NCBI GenBank assembly: GCA_963702345.1
Contig: CAVPCD010000009.1
Coordinates: forward strand, 87,529 to 151,528
Direction of reading: 5' to 3'
DNA: 64,000 bases
Source: an uncultured Acidobacteriota bacterium
GTDB taxonomy: Bacteria > Acidobacteriota > Terriglobia > Terriglobales > Acidobacteriaceae
The notes beneath the pieces are model-generated. The model was given only the letters and a program-made list of their open reading frames with translations, was not told the origin of the DNA and did no database searches. This document shows positions 8,863-18,473 of this stretch, piece by piece. Position numbers and translations under genes: made by a program. Positions within the stretch are counted from its first letter, which is position 1. Each line of letters starts with the position of its first letter.

Positions 8863-10467
8863 CTATATAATTTTCTCTCCAATCGACTTCGCTTGGGAGA
8901 AAAGCAACAAATAATCCGGCCCGCCTGCTTTGGAATCTGTTCCCGACATATTGAAGCCGCCGAAGGGATGCGCACCGACGATTGCTCCAGTGCACTTGCG
9001 GTTGATGTAGAGATTGCCGACGTGGAACTCGCGCATGGCCAGCTCAATCTTGTCGCGTGATCCGGTATAGACCGCGCCAGTTAGACCAAACTCGGTGTCG
9101 TTAGCGATATCGAGCGCTTGCTCAAAGTTGCGCGATTTAATCACCGCCAGCACCGGGCCGAAAATTTCTTCCTGCTCGAGTTTTGATTTCGGTTGAATAT
9201 CTGCAATCACGGTCGGTTGAACGAAATAGCCTTCGCCGCAGTCAGTTGCTCGATTTCCGCCGGTGATGATCCGGCCTTCGCGCTTGCCGATATCGATGTA
9301 GTTCATGATCGACTTCATCGAGCCTTCGTTGATGACCGCGCCCATGTTGGTATTGGTGGCGGGGTCTCCGATGGTGAGCCGCTCCACGCTGTCTTTCAAG
9401 CGCTCCAGGAATTTTCCGTAGATGCGTTCATCGACGATGACGCGGGAACAGGCAGAACATTTTTGTCCCTGAAACCCGAATGCAGCGGCGGCAACGCCAT
9501 TAGCTACTGTCTCAAGATCGGAGTCAGCATCGACGATGATCGCGTCCTTGCCACCCATCTCAAGGATGGTGCGTTTGATCCAAATCTGGCCAGGAGCGAC
9601 GTCAGCGGCAACTTTGTTGATGCGCAGGCCGACTTCACGTGATCCGGTAAACGCGATGTAGCGGGTTTTCGGGTGCGCGACCACGGCGTCGCCAAAACTC
9701 GCTCCAGCGCCGGGGCAGAAGTTCACCACGCCCTCGGGCATTCCCGCGGCTTCCAGAATCTCAATGAATTTTGCCGCGATGGTAGGCGAATCGCTCGACG
9801 GTTTGAGAATTACGGTATTCCCGCACACGATCGATGCCAGCGTCATGCCGGCCATGATTGCGGCAGGAAAGTTCCACGGCGGAATCACAGCTCCCACCCC
9901 GAGAGGGATATAGAAAAAATGATCGATTTCGCCCGGCAATTGCACCGGAGCTTTTGCGTGGCCAAGGCGTTGCGCCTCGCGTGCGTAGAATTCGCAGAAG
10001 TCGATGGTCTCAGCGATGTCGGCGTCGGCCTCGCCCCAGTTTTTGCTCACTTCATAGACCAGCCATGCCATCAGTTCAAATTTGCGCTCGCGCAATATGT
10101 CGGCAGTGCGGAATAGCAAAGATACGCGCTCTTCCAACGGGGTGCGGCTCCAATGCTCGTAGGCTTTCAATGCCGCCTGCATGGCCGGCTCTACGTGTTC
10201 CTTGCCGGCTTTCTGGTGAATACCAACAACTTCTGACGGGCGCGCGGGATTGAGGGAACGTATCTTTTCCGACGTCTTCACCCGGTGGCCTCCGATGATC
10301 AGGTCGTACTCGCGACCTAATTGTCCGCGGACCTTGTCCAGGGCGGCGCGCATCTCTCTGGCAACATCCCATTTCGTGAAATCCAGCATCGGCTCATTGC
10401 GAAATGGGCTTTGCTGTGCGCGAGTACGCGGACGAATCGGAGCTTCAACGGTTGCCATGGATTGCAC
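8863..10467 (-). CDS. pruA: L-glutamate gamma-semialdehyde (1-pyrroline-5-carboxylate) dehydrogenase
   Basis: 534-aa aldehyde dehydrogenase. FRNEP N-terminus, PWNFP, EMGGKDA and FGFQGQKCSACSR (catalytic Cys), co-linear with the Thermus-type P5C dehydrogenase as I recall it. Confidence 0.88.
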   Translation of the reverse strand: MQSMATVEAPIRPRTRAQQSPFRNEPMLDFTKWDVAREMRAALDKVRGQLGREYDLIIGGHRVKTSEKIRSLNPARPSEVVGIHQKAGKEHVEPAMQAALKAYEHWSRTPLEERVSLLFRTADILRERKFELMAWLVYEVSKNWGEADADIAETIDFCEFYAREAQRLGHAKAPVQLPGEIDHFFYIPLGVGAVIPPWNFPAAIMAGMTLASIVCGNTVILKPSSDSPTIAAKFIEILEAAGMPEGVVNFCPGAGASFGDAVVAHPKTRYIAFTGSREVGLRINKVAADVAPGQIWIKRTILEMGGKDAIIVDADSDLETVANGVAAAAFGFQGQKCSACSRVIVDERIYGKFLERLKDSVERLTIGDPATNTNMGAVINEGSMKSIMNYIDIGKREGRIITGGNRATDCGEGYFVQPTVIADIQPKSKLEQEEIFGPVLAVIKSRNFEQALDIANDTEFGLTGAVYTGSRDKIELAMREFHVGNLYINRKCTGAIVGAHPFGGFNMSGTDSKAGGPDYLLLFSQAKSIGEKII

Positions 10468-10572
10468 CTCGGAAAGGATTTTGCAGTAACGTCTATTTTA
10501 TACCGTCCGCGGGCGATTTCTCTGGCTAGGCCCGGTGCCCGCAAGTTGCGCTATATTCGTTTTGGCCGATCT

Positions 10573-11412
10573 ATGCGAGTGACGATTTTCGGAGCGACGG
10601 GAATGTTGGGCAAGGCGCTGATGCGTCAGTGGACCGAGGATAACGTGACGGGCCTCGGCAGCGCGCAAGCCGACATTCGCTCTCCCGATGAGGTCGATAA
10701 AGTGGTGAGTGAAAGCAATCCCGAGTGGATTGTGCTTTCGGCGGCTTACACCGATGTGGACGGATGCGAAATTAATCCGACACTCGCGGCGGCGGTAAAC
10801 ACGCAGGGAGCGGCAAATGTAGCAAAAGCAGCGGCTAACTCTCGGGCGAGGCTTTTATTTGTCAGCACCGACTACGTTTTTGATGGCACGAAGAATACGC
10901 CGTACGAGGCCGATGACCCACGCCACCCCATAAACGCCTACGGAAAGAGTAAGGCGGACGCGGAAGAGAAGATTCTCGCGTTGCTGCCTGACGCATGCAT
11001 AGTGCGCACGTCGTGGCTATTCGGTCCGGGAGGGAAGTGCTTTCCAGATACGATTCTGAAGTTGGCGGCAAATCGTCCGGAGATTGAAGTGGTGAACGAT
11101 CAGCGCGGCTGCCCCACCTACACCTTTGATCTCGCGGACGCAATTATCAAACTTTGTCGCGCGGATGCGAAGGGCGTTGTTCATGGCACCAATCGCGGGG
11201 TGTGTTCCTGGTACGACTTTGCAGCCGAAATTCTGCGCCGGGCGGGATCGAAAACTGTAGTGCGTCCCACCACCAGCGACAAATTTGTCCGTCCCGCTCC
11301 CAGGCCGAGCTACTCCGTTCTTTCTGACGCGAGCCTCGCTGCATACGGAATCAAAATGCGCGGTTGGGAGGACACACTGCCCGACTATCTGCGCGAGCGC
11401 GCAGCGGCGTGA
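10573..11412 (+). CDS. rmlD: dTDP-4-dehydrorhamnose reductase
   Basis: The ORF track starts at 10321, but the family-typical N-terminus MRVTIFGATGMLG (Rossmann GxxGxxG) begins at ATG 10573. STDYVFDG motif present. Confidence 0.85.
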   Translation: MRVTIFGATGMLGKALMRQWTEDNVTGLGSAQADIRSPDEVDKVVSESNPEWIVLSAAYTDVDGCEINPTLAAAVNTQGAANVAKAAANSRARLLFVSTDYVFDGTKNTPYEADDPRHPINAYGKSKADAEEKILALLPDACIVRTSWLFGPGGKCFPDTILKLAANRPEIEVVNDQRGCPTYTFDLADAIIKLCRADAKGVVHGTNRGVCSWYDFAAEILRRAGSKTVVRPTTSDKFVRPAPRPSYSVLSDASLAAYGIKMRGWEDTLPDYLRERAAA

Positions 11413-11494
11413 AATTCAGCTTCCGCAGTGGGCATGGAAAAAATGGTTTGACCGCAAGATGCGGATATTCCGAATTTTCCTTCCCCCGTAAGCT

Positions 11495-12598
11495 TTGACC
11501 ATGAACAGTACAATTCTTAGCGTCGGACAACCCAGACAGTTGGATATGAAGAACGTCATCGAAGATTCCCGCTGGCAGGCGGTCCTAGCCCGAGACGGCG
11601 CAAGCGATGGGAAGTTTGTATTCGCTGTCTCATCGACCGGCGTGTACTGCCGGCCGTCGTGCCCCTCGAAGCGCCCCAAGCGCGAGAATGTTTCGTTTTT
11701 TCGTCGACCGCAGGAAGCGGAAACTGCTGGTTTTCGCGAATGCCTGCGCTGCCGCCCTAAAGCGATTGCAGGGAATCCGCGGCAAGAATTGATTAAATCT
11801 GTTTGCCGCTATATCGAGCAATATCTGGATGAGCCCGTCACGCTCGCAAGATTGGGCGCAGAATTTCGCCAGAGCCCGTTTCATCTGCAAAGAACGTTCA
11901 AGGCGGTGCTTGGGATTACGCCCAAGGAATATGCGGACTCATGCCGCATGCGCGGTTTTCGGCAGAAGCTGAAAGCCGGCCACTCGGTCACTCGCGCGAT
12001 GCATGATGCCGGATACAGTTCGACCAGCCGGCTCTACTCCCGCACCTCGGCGGAATTGGGCATGGAGCCTGCGAAATATCGCCGGGGCGCGATTGCCGCA
12101 CCGATCCGCTACGCGTTCACAGACTCTCCCATCGGGCGCATGTTGATCGCGGCCACCGACAAAGGCATTTGCAGTATTCAGTTCGCAGATTCTGAAGAAG
12201 AACTGGAACAGGGACTGAAGCAGGAGTTTCCGTTTGCATTGCGGCGTCGCGATGACGACGGCATGGCGAATCTGGCTGGACAAATCGCGCAGCGAATATC
12301 TGGCGCCGAGTCTTCGTCCTCGCTTCCGCTCGACATTCAGGCAACTGCGTTTCAGCGGCGAGTTTGGTCTTATCTGCAATCAATTGCTTTCGGAAAAACG
12401 CGATCTTACACCGAAGTTGCAAAAGCCATCCGGCATCCTTCGGCGGTCCGTGCGGTTGCGCGGGCATGCGCGACCAACCCCGTGGCTATCGCGATCCCAT
12501 GCCACCGCGTGCTGCGCTCGAACGGCGATCTCGGCGGGTATCGCTGGGGGCTGCAGCGCAAGAAAGCGCTCCTCGAAATCGAATCGTCGAGCCGATAA
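11495..12598 (+). CDS. ada: Bifunctional Ada: methylphosphotriester-DNA methyltransferase / AraC-type regulator / O6-methylguanine-DNA methyltransferase
   Basis: 367 aa. N-terminal Ada Zn motif VYCRPSCPSKRPKRENVSFF, a central AraC HTH region, and the C-terminal MGMT active site IPCHRVLRSNGDLGGYRWG. Confidence 0.85.
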   Translation: MTMNSTILSVGQPRQLDMKNVIEDSRWQAVLARDGASDGKFVFAVSSTGVYCRPSCPSKRPKRENVSFFRRPQEAETAGFRECLRCRPKAIAGNPRQELIKSVCRYIEQYLDEPVTLARLGAEFRQSPFHLQRTFKAVLGITPKEYADSCRMRGFRQKLKAGHSVTRAMHDAGYSSTSRLYSRTSAELGMEPAKYRRGAIAAPIRYAFTDSPIGRMLIAATDKGICSIQFADSEEELEQGLKQEFPFALRRRDDDGMANLAGQIAQRISGAESSSSLPLDIQATAFQRRVWSYLQSIAFGKTRSYTEVAKAIRHPSAVRAVARACATNPVAIAIPCHRVLRSNGDLGGYRWGLQRKKALLEIESSSR

Positions 12599-12724
12599 TT
12601 CGTCGCCTGGTTTCGGTGGCGGGTGTCGCCGTTTCAGCGTCTCTCGCCTTTCGTTTACCGGAGTTTGACAATTCTTTACCCACCTTGATTCTGTCGCGTG
12701 ATTCAATGATGATCAGAGTCCTTC

Positions 12725-13972
12725 ATGAAAAACCCATGGCAAAATGCCGTGCCGTGGCGGCATGCGGCCGTCTTGAAATGTGTGCTGTTCCTGACGCTGG
12801 GGTTCGCATTTGCCCAAACCGCGTTTGCCAAAGCCGTCGGCACGGTGAAGTCGATCAGCGGTACTTCAATTGTGTTAACAACCGACAGCGGCGAGGTCAC
12901 GGTCACTCTGGCTGATTCCACTCGCGTACTTCGGGCCTCGCCCGGACAAACTGATTTGAAAAGCGCTACACCGATTCAGGCTTCCGACATCCACGTCGGT
13001 GATCGCATGCTGGCGATGGGACCGAGTGGGGAAGGGAATTCCGTCGCGGCTTCCACTGTGATCGTGATGACGCAAGGCGATATCGCGGAACGCCAGCAAC
13101 AAGAACGCGAAGAATGGCGCAAAGGCGTGGGCGGAATAGTGAAGGAAGTTAATCCGACTGCGGGGACGATTGCGGTCGTGAACGCGCTTGTCTCATCCGG
13201 GAAGCCGATCGTTATTCATGTGTCGCCGTCGACCAGCATCCGGCGTTATTCACCGGACTCGGTGAATTTTGATCAAGCAAAGCCGGGCACGTTGGATCAG
13301 GTTAAGCCGGGCGACCAGCTGCGCGCGCGTGGGGCGAAAAACGATGACGGCAGCGAATTCACGGCGCAAGCGATTGTTTCCGGGATGTTCAGGAATATAG
13401 CGGGAACAGTAATTTCGACAGACGCGGCAAACCACAGCGTCACGGTAATGGACCTGATCACGAAACATCCGGTGACGCTTAAGATCAGCGATGATTCGCA
13501 AATGCATAAGTTGTTGCCAGTCGCGGCCCAGAGGCTTGCCGCGCGATTGAAAGGCGGCGCGGCTGCGAACGGAAATCCTCCGGGCACGGCTGGGGAGTCT
13601 TCATCAGCCGGAGCCGGCGCGGGTGCAGGTAATGGCCAAGGGCGGGGTCAGGGAAATTGGCGCGGACAGAACGGAACGAGCGCTTCGCCGGCGTCACAGG
13701 GAGGCGAAGGATACCGTCGCGGAGGCGGGCCGCCTGATTTCCAGCAGATGCTGAGTCACATGCCGAGCGTGGCCATTTCTGATCTGCAAAAGGGAGACGC
13801 GGTTATGGTGGTGGCAACGGAGGGCAGCGCGGCGTCCCCCCCGACGACCATTATGCTGATTACCGGAGTTGAGCCCATCCTGACCGCAGCCCCGAGCGGG
13901 GCAGCCGCAGCAACCATTCTTTCCCCGTGGAATCTGGGAGCGTCGCCAGGCGGCGAAGGTTCCGGCGAGTAA
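12725..13972 (+). CDS. Secreted protein of unknown function with repeated small beta-rich modules (DUF5666-like) and a Gly/Arg-rich tail
   Basis: Signal peptide LFLTLGFAFAQTAFA. Recurring modules such as GTVKSISGTSIVLTTDSGEVTVTL and AGTVISTDAANHSVTVMDL. Low-complexity stretch SAGAGAGAGNGQGRGQGNWRGQNG. The family name is recalled from memory and not verified. Confidence 0.5.
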   Translation: MKNPWQNAVPWRHAAVLKCVLFLTLGFAFAQTAFAKAVGTVKSISGTSIVLTTDSGEVTVTLADSTRVLRASPGQTDLKSATPIQASDIHVGDRMLAMGPSGEGNSVAASTVIVMTQGDIAERQQQEREEWRKGVGGIVKEVNPTAGTIAVVNALVSSGKPIVIHVSPSTSIRRYSPDSVNFDQAKPGTLDQVKPGDQLRARGAKNDDGSEFTAQAIVSGMFRNIAGTVISTDAANHSVTVMDLITKHPVTLKISDDSQMHKLLPVAAQRLAARLKGGAAANGNPPGTAGESSSAGAGAGAGNGQGRGQGNWRGQNGTSASPASQGGEGYRRGGGPPDFQQMLSHMPSVAISDLQKGDAVMVVATEGSAASPPTTIMLITGVEPILTAAPSGAAAATILSPWNLGASPGGEGSGE

Positions 13973-13993
13973 AATTTCTTTAAGAGGAAACAG

Positions 13994-16906
13994 TTGCGAA
14001 ATTCTTTATTTATTTTTTTATTGGCGGCAGCTATCGTACCTGCGGGGGCGCAGGCGCCCACAGCTACACTGAGCGGCAAAGTTGTCGATCAAACTGGCGC
14101 AGTAATTCCGCAGGCTACCGTGACAGTCACCGCGTCCGGCGGCAAGCAACATTCGGCCACAACGGACCAAGGGGGAGGATTCGAAATTCCTGCGCTGGCG
14201 CCCGGCACCTATAGCGTTGCCGCCACCGCCAAGGGGTTCGCGCCTTTTTCGAAGCCGGGCGTCCAACTGGTTGCGGGGCAAAAACAAACTCTGAACCTGG
14301 CTCTGCAAGTTCAAGTGCAGGAAGAGAAGGTTAACGTCGAAGCCGAAGGAACGCAGCTTGACGTGGGCGCAGCGTCGAACGCAAGTTCTTTGATCATAAA
14401 AGGTAAGGACCTCGACGCCTTGTCCGACGACCCCGACGAACTGCAGAATGAATTGCAAGCGTTGGCTGGGCCGGCGGCGGGGCCGAATGGCGGGCAAATC
14501 TACATTGATGGATTTACCGGCGGCCAGCTTCCACCAAAGTCGGCGATTCGCGAAATTCGCATCAATCAGAACCCGTTCTCCGCGCAGTATGACAAGTTGG
14601 GTTACGGACGGATCGAGATTTTTACCAAGCCGGGAAGCGATCATTATCACGGGCAGTTTTTTTTTAATGACACCAACGCAGTGCTGAACTCGAAAAACCC
14701 TTACGTGCCCACACGGCCAGACTATAACTCCGACATGTTCGACGGAAACCTGGGTGGTCCTATCAATAAGAAAGCGTCGTTTTTTCTGGACGCGTCACGT
14801 CGGAACATGGACGATTACTCCGCAATTCATCCGGTGAACCCTGACGACGTTTTTGGTCCGCCACTGCTGGAATCGATCGCTAATCCTCGAACCCGAACCA
14901 GCATAAGCCCGCGCGTGGATTATCAACTGAGCTCGAGCAATACATTAACCATGCGTTATCAGTTAACGCACGATGGCGAGCAGAACTCAGGCCTGACGTC
15001 ATTTTCTCTGCCTGCTCAGGCATACAACGTGAATGAGACGGAGCACACGCTGCAAATCAGCGACACCCAAATTCTCAGTCCGACGGTTGTTAATGAGACC
15101 CGCTTTCAGTTCCAACGTGAAACTAACCACCAGCTGCCCTTGGGTTTTGGTCCTACCATCGAAGTCCAGGGTTTTTTCACCAATGGCCAGAACTCTGAAG
15201 GCTTGGTGCGCACGACCCAGAATAATTACGAGCTGCAGAATTACACTTCCGTCACTCATGGGAACCACCTGATCAAATTTGGAGCGAGGTTGCGCGGCAT
15301 TACGTCGTCAGAATCTACGGACGCAAACTTCAACGGCACATTCATTTTTTCGCCGATTGACGGAAACCCGTTTTCCGCGCTACAGGCCTACCAGAACGCG
15401 GCGGCCGGAAATTGCTTATCAGGAGCAAACTACAACCCGCAAAACTGTCCATCGCAGTTTTCGATCACAACCGGAACTCCAAATGTGAGCGTGGGCTGGT
15501 TCGATGCCGGTCTCTACGCGGAAGATGAATGGCGGGTGAAGCCTAATCTGTCGCTTACCTATGGCCTACGCTTCGAGTCACAAAGCGACATTCATGACCA
15601 CGCTGATTTTGCTCCTCGGCTCGGAGTGGCCTGGGGTTTGGGAAGCACCGGAAAATCTGCGCCCAAAACAGTGCTGCGCGCGGGTTTTGGCATTTTCTAC
15701 GACCGCTTCGGATACAACCTGGTGCAGGAGGCGGACCTGCTGAACGGAATTACGCAACAGAAGGCGGTGCTCAGGAATCCTGATTTCTTTTCCGCAAGCG
15801 GCGCAGGGATACCGCCATTCAGTCAACTGTCAGCCAGTGGATCGCCAACCATTTATCAGATATCGCCGAACCTCCGCGCCCCGATTACGATCCAGAGCGC
15901 GGCAAGTATCGAGCGCCAGGTCACAAAGAACGCAACGGTATCCATAACGTATTTGAACTCGCGCGGCGAACACGCGTTCTATATCGACAACATTAATGCA
16001 CCCTACCTCCCCGGAGGAATCACTCCCAACGGAACCAGGCAGAACATCTACCAGTACGACTCAGGCGGAATCTTTCGACAGAACCAGCTCATTGCAAACG
16101 TGCGAGTCAATACTGGACGCCGGGTATCTTTATTCGGCTTCTATGTTTTGAACTACGCCAATAGCAATGTCAGTTCGGGAGGAAGTGCGGGCGGTTTCTT
16201 TTCCAGTGGAACCACGTCAGAGGCCAGTTTTCTTTCCAATCAATATGATCCCAATGCCGATTACGGACGCGCGGCGTTCGACGTTCGTCATCGGGTCTTC
16301 CTCGGGGGAAATTTTACCCTGCCGTACTCTTTTTCGCTCAGCCCGTTCGTCGTCATCAATTCTGGCGAGCCCTACAATCTCACAACTGGCCAGGACAACA
16401 ACGGCGATTCCATCTTCAACGACCGTCCGTGGTTCGCAACCGCAAACACCAATGCGGTCTGCACCTCGCGGGCATCATTTTCCAGCGCCAGCACCATTTA
16501 TGGAATTGCGCCGGTGAATTACTGCACCGGGCCGTCTAATGCAACGTTGAATTTGCGTTTGAGCAAGACGATTGGTTTTGGCCCGGAAACCAAGGGTGCC
16601 TCCTCCGGCGGGGATCGGGGTTACGGAGGCCCGCATGGTGGCCGCGGCGGCGGGTTGGGACCAGGCGGCCTCAGCGGAGCCGGAGGGAGTAATCCTTTCG
16701 GAGGTCGAGGCGGTGGTGTGAGCCGGCGTTACAGTCTCACGTTCAGTATCGCAGCGCGCAATCTTCTGAATACTTTCAATCCTGGGCCGCCGGTTGGAAA
16801 CCTGAGTTCCCCATACTTCGGGCAATCCATCAACATTTCTGGCGGACCCTTCGCTTCTGCATCGGCTAACCGGCGTATCGATTTGCAGGTGAGGTTCTCG
16901 TTTTAA
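13994..16906 (+). CDS. TonB-dependent-receptor-like outer-membrane protein with N-terminal carboxypeptidase-regulatory-like domain
   Basis: TTG start preceded by AAGAGGAAA. Signal peptide FLLAAAIVPAGAQA. CarboxypepD_reg-like GKVVDQTGAVIPQATVTV. 970 aa ending in the OMP-type terminal strand LQVRFSF. Confidence 0.8.
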   Translation: MRNSLFIFLLAAAIVPAGAQAPTATLSGKVVDQTGAVIPQATVTVTASGGKQHSATTDQGGGFEIPALAPGTYSVAATAKGFAPFSKPGVQLVAGQKQTLNLALQVQVQEEKVNVEAEGTQLDVGAASNASSLIIKGKDLDALSDDPDELQNELQALAGPAAGPNGGQIYIDGFTGGQLPPKSAIREIRINQNPFSAQYDKLGYGRIEIFTKPGSDHYHGQFFFNDTNAVLNSKNPYVPTRPDYNSDMFDGNLGGPINKKASFFLDASRRNMDDYSAIHPVNPDDVFGPPLLESIANPRTRTSISPRVDYQLSSSNTLTMRYQLTHDGEQNSGLTSFSLPAQAYNVNETEHTLQISDTQILSPTVVNETRFQFQRETNHQLPLGFGPTIEVQGFFTNGQNSEGLVRTTQNNYELQNYTSVTHGNHLIKFGARLRGITSSESTDANFNGTFIFSPIDGNPFSALQAYQNAAAGNCLSGANYNPQNCPSQFSITTGTPNVSVGWFDAGLYAEDEWRVKPNLSLTYGLRFESQSDIHDHADFAPRLGVAWGLGSTGKSAPKTVLRAGFGIFYDRFGYNLVQEADLLNGITQQKAVLRNPDFFSASGAGIPPFSQLSASGSPTIYQISPNLRAPITIQSAASIERQVTKNATVSITYLNSRGEHAFYIDNINAPYLPGGITPNGTRQNIYQYDSGGIFRQNQLIANVRVNTGRRVSLFGFYVLNYANSNVSSGGSAGGFFSSGTTSEASFLSNQYDPNADYGRAAFDVRHRVFLGGNFTLPYSFSLSPFVVINSGEPYNLTTGQDNNGDSIFNDRPWFATANTNAVCTSRASFSSASTIYGIAPVNYCTGPSNATLNLRLSKTIGFGPETKGASSGGDRGYGGPHGGRGGGLGPGGLSGAGGSNPFGGRGGGVSRRYSLTFSIAARNLLNTFNPGPPVGNLSSPYFGQSINISGGPFASASANRRIDLQVRFSF

Positions 16907-17022
16907 AGCCGTCAGCTATCGGCTATCAGCCATCAGGTAAACCGGCAACCGCCAACGTTTGATATTCGTGATATCAGAAGAAGGAGTTAGTTACTGAGGG
17001 TGACGGCTGACAGCTGACAACT
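16907..17022. repeat. Intergenic element bounded by inverted heptanucleotide-repeat arrays
   Basis: Left array AGCCGTC AGCTATC GGCTATC AGCCATC (16907-16934). Right array GACGGCT GACAGCT GACAACT (17002-17022), which is the reverse complement of AGTTGTC AGCTGTC AGCCGTC. Central hairpin TGATAT-tcgtg-ATATCA at 16960-16976. Fills the whole gap between two convergent stop codons. Confidence 0.45.
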
Positions 17023-18310
17023 ACTTGCAGTTCACTCCCACGCTTGGCGAGAGCGAAGTCAAAACGCTCTGATTGGGATAACTGTACGCCCCGCCCAGTG
17101 CGGTCGAAGGCGATTGGAATTCGAACCACTGTAAGAGGGCTTCGTTCTGCGGATGGTAAGTCCTGCCGCCGGTCTTGATGGGCACGGTGGATTCCGGTAA
17201 GCCCTCAATCGCGTCGCCCACCTCTAGATCGTCCTGACAATTTCCATTTTGCGAAAGCCACCAGGGAGTGATGCCGTGGATTCCATCGCTTCCCACAAAC
17301 GGATCGTTCAAGCTTTCGGTGACTTCGTGACTGAGGGCAGTCACATCTTCAAACCCGGGGCTGAACAGGCCGGGGCTGATCCAGCTCGAGTAATTCAACA
17401 CGTAGCGCTTCTCGCGGAAGCCGTTGCCGGCATCGCCGGGTTCAAAATCATAGGTATGAAAGCCGAGCACGCAGCAGTGATTGGGGTTTCGATTGAGATA
17501 CAGAAATGTGTTGGGGAAGAGAAAAGTGGCGATGCTTTTGGTAGTGATATCACCCGCGTGTTCCGCCGCTCCAATTGGAGTGGAAGCGTCATTGGCAGTC
17601 GCCGGGAACAGGCGGTTCGAAAACACGTCGATATCAACCAGCACAAAGGCGCAGCACGAGCCGTCACTATTTAACGCGAAATAATATGCGCTGCGCGGAA
17701 CTGAAAGTGTCCGCGATGGCTTCAACGAAGGCTTCAGCAGAGTGTGCCAATCGGACTGCATTGGGTTGTTAAATTCGGCGCGCTGAACCGCGTCCGAAAA
17801 CTGCGTGGGCACTTCGCTGCTGGTGTAATCGGCGCGCTGAAAAATCGGAGAGTCCATCACTGCGCTCACGAACGGCTCGACCGAGTAATGCAGCTTGTGG
17901 CCGTTTACGACGCGGACGCTGCCGTCATAGTCCAGCAGATCCAGAGAGACCGGCACGATGGGAGCATCGAAGGCGGTTGTTCCTCCCAGCTCAGGACGGC
18001 CGCCAGCGATGGTGTAGTGCCAGTTTCGTTGCGGATTCCCCGAAGGCCCGACACCGGGGACACGGAACTCACCATTGAAATTCCTGATGGAATCGATGCC
18101 CGTAGAAGTTGGTCGCGATGAAACTAAACCTTCAGGGCCGCCGTTGCGATGGCCGCGGGGCGCAAAGATCGTAAATCCATGGTGGGCGCTCGAGAGCGTG
18201 GGCGCAAGCTGATCCGGGCTCTGCGCGAAAGCTAGAGTCGCACCCAGAGATATGAGTCCTAAAATCAACGCCAGCTGGAAAAATGACTTACCCCTACCCA
18301 AAACCGTCAC
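17021..18310 (-). CDS. Secreted hypothetical protein (Cys-containing, no family recognised)
   Basis: 429-aa ORF with GTG start. Signal peptide FFQLALILGLISLGATLAFAQ. Paired cysteines (SCCAF, HCCVLGFH). LSHEVTESL (HExxE) motif. Confidence 0.55.
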   Translation of the reverse strand: MTVLGRGKSFFQLALILGLISLGATLAFAQSPDQLAPTLSSAHHGFTIFAPRGHRNGGPEGLVSSRPTSTGIDSIRNFNGEFRVPGVGPSGNPQRNWHYTIAGGRPELGGTTAFDAPIVPVSLDLLDYDGSVRVVNGHKLHYSVEPFVSAVMDSPIFQRADYTSSEVPTQFSDAVQRAEFNNPMQSDWHTLLKPSLKPSRTLSVPRSAYYFALNSDGSCCAFVLVDIDVFSNRLFPATANDASTPIGAAEHAGDITTKSIATFLFPNTFLYLNRNPNHCCVLGFHTYDFEPGDAGNGFREKRYVLNYSSWISPGLFSPGFEDVTALSHEVTESLNDPFVGSDGIHGITPWWLSQNGNCQDDLEVGDAIEGLPESTVPIKTGGRTYHPQNEALLQWFEFQSPSTALGGAYSYPNQSVLTSLSPSVGVNCK

Positions 18311-18397
18311 CGCCTCAGTCCAAGTTACTTGGATGCGGAGAGACTTGCAAACTATGTTTAGGTCAAATTTTGGTCAATTCGAAGGGTGAATTGGAGC

Positions 18398-18416
18398 GAC
18401 GGGCGCCACGCCCGTC
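18398..18416 (-). terminator. Hairpin downstream of ilvD (weak terminator candidate)
   Basis: GACGGGC-gccac-GCCCGTC, a 7-bp stem about 55 nt after the ilvD stop. No U-tract. Confidence 0.3.
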
Positions 18417-18473
18417 AACTCCCGATCGGTCTGGAATGCTTCAGGTCTGCAATTTGATCCTTCGAGGAGTGAA

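Noticed and set aside
10321-10572. 5' extension of the rmlD ORF (84 extra codons) overlapping the pruA start region.
   Set aside because: The conserved Rossmann N-terminus MRVTIFGATG starts at 10573. The extension overlaps the divergent pruA gene and has no protein-like features.
12665-12693. TTGACA hexamer upstream of the secreted-protein/TonB-receptor pair, considered as a promoter.
   Set aside because: No acceptable -10 hexamer at 16-18 nt spacing (best match GATTCT, 3 of 6). Too weak to list as a feature.
13555-13700. Repetitive GC-rich DNA (GCCGGAGCCGGCGCGGGTGCAGGT...), considered as a possible tandem repeat or CRISPR-like array.
   Set aside because: It lies in-frame within a CDS and encodes a Gly/Ala/Arg low-complexity segment. 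There is no repeat-spacer periodicity. No CRISPR array was seen anywhere in the window.
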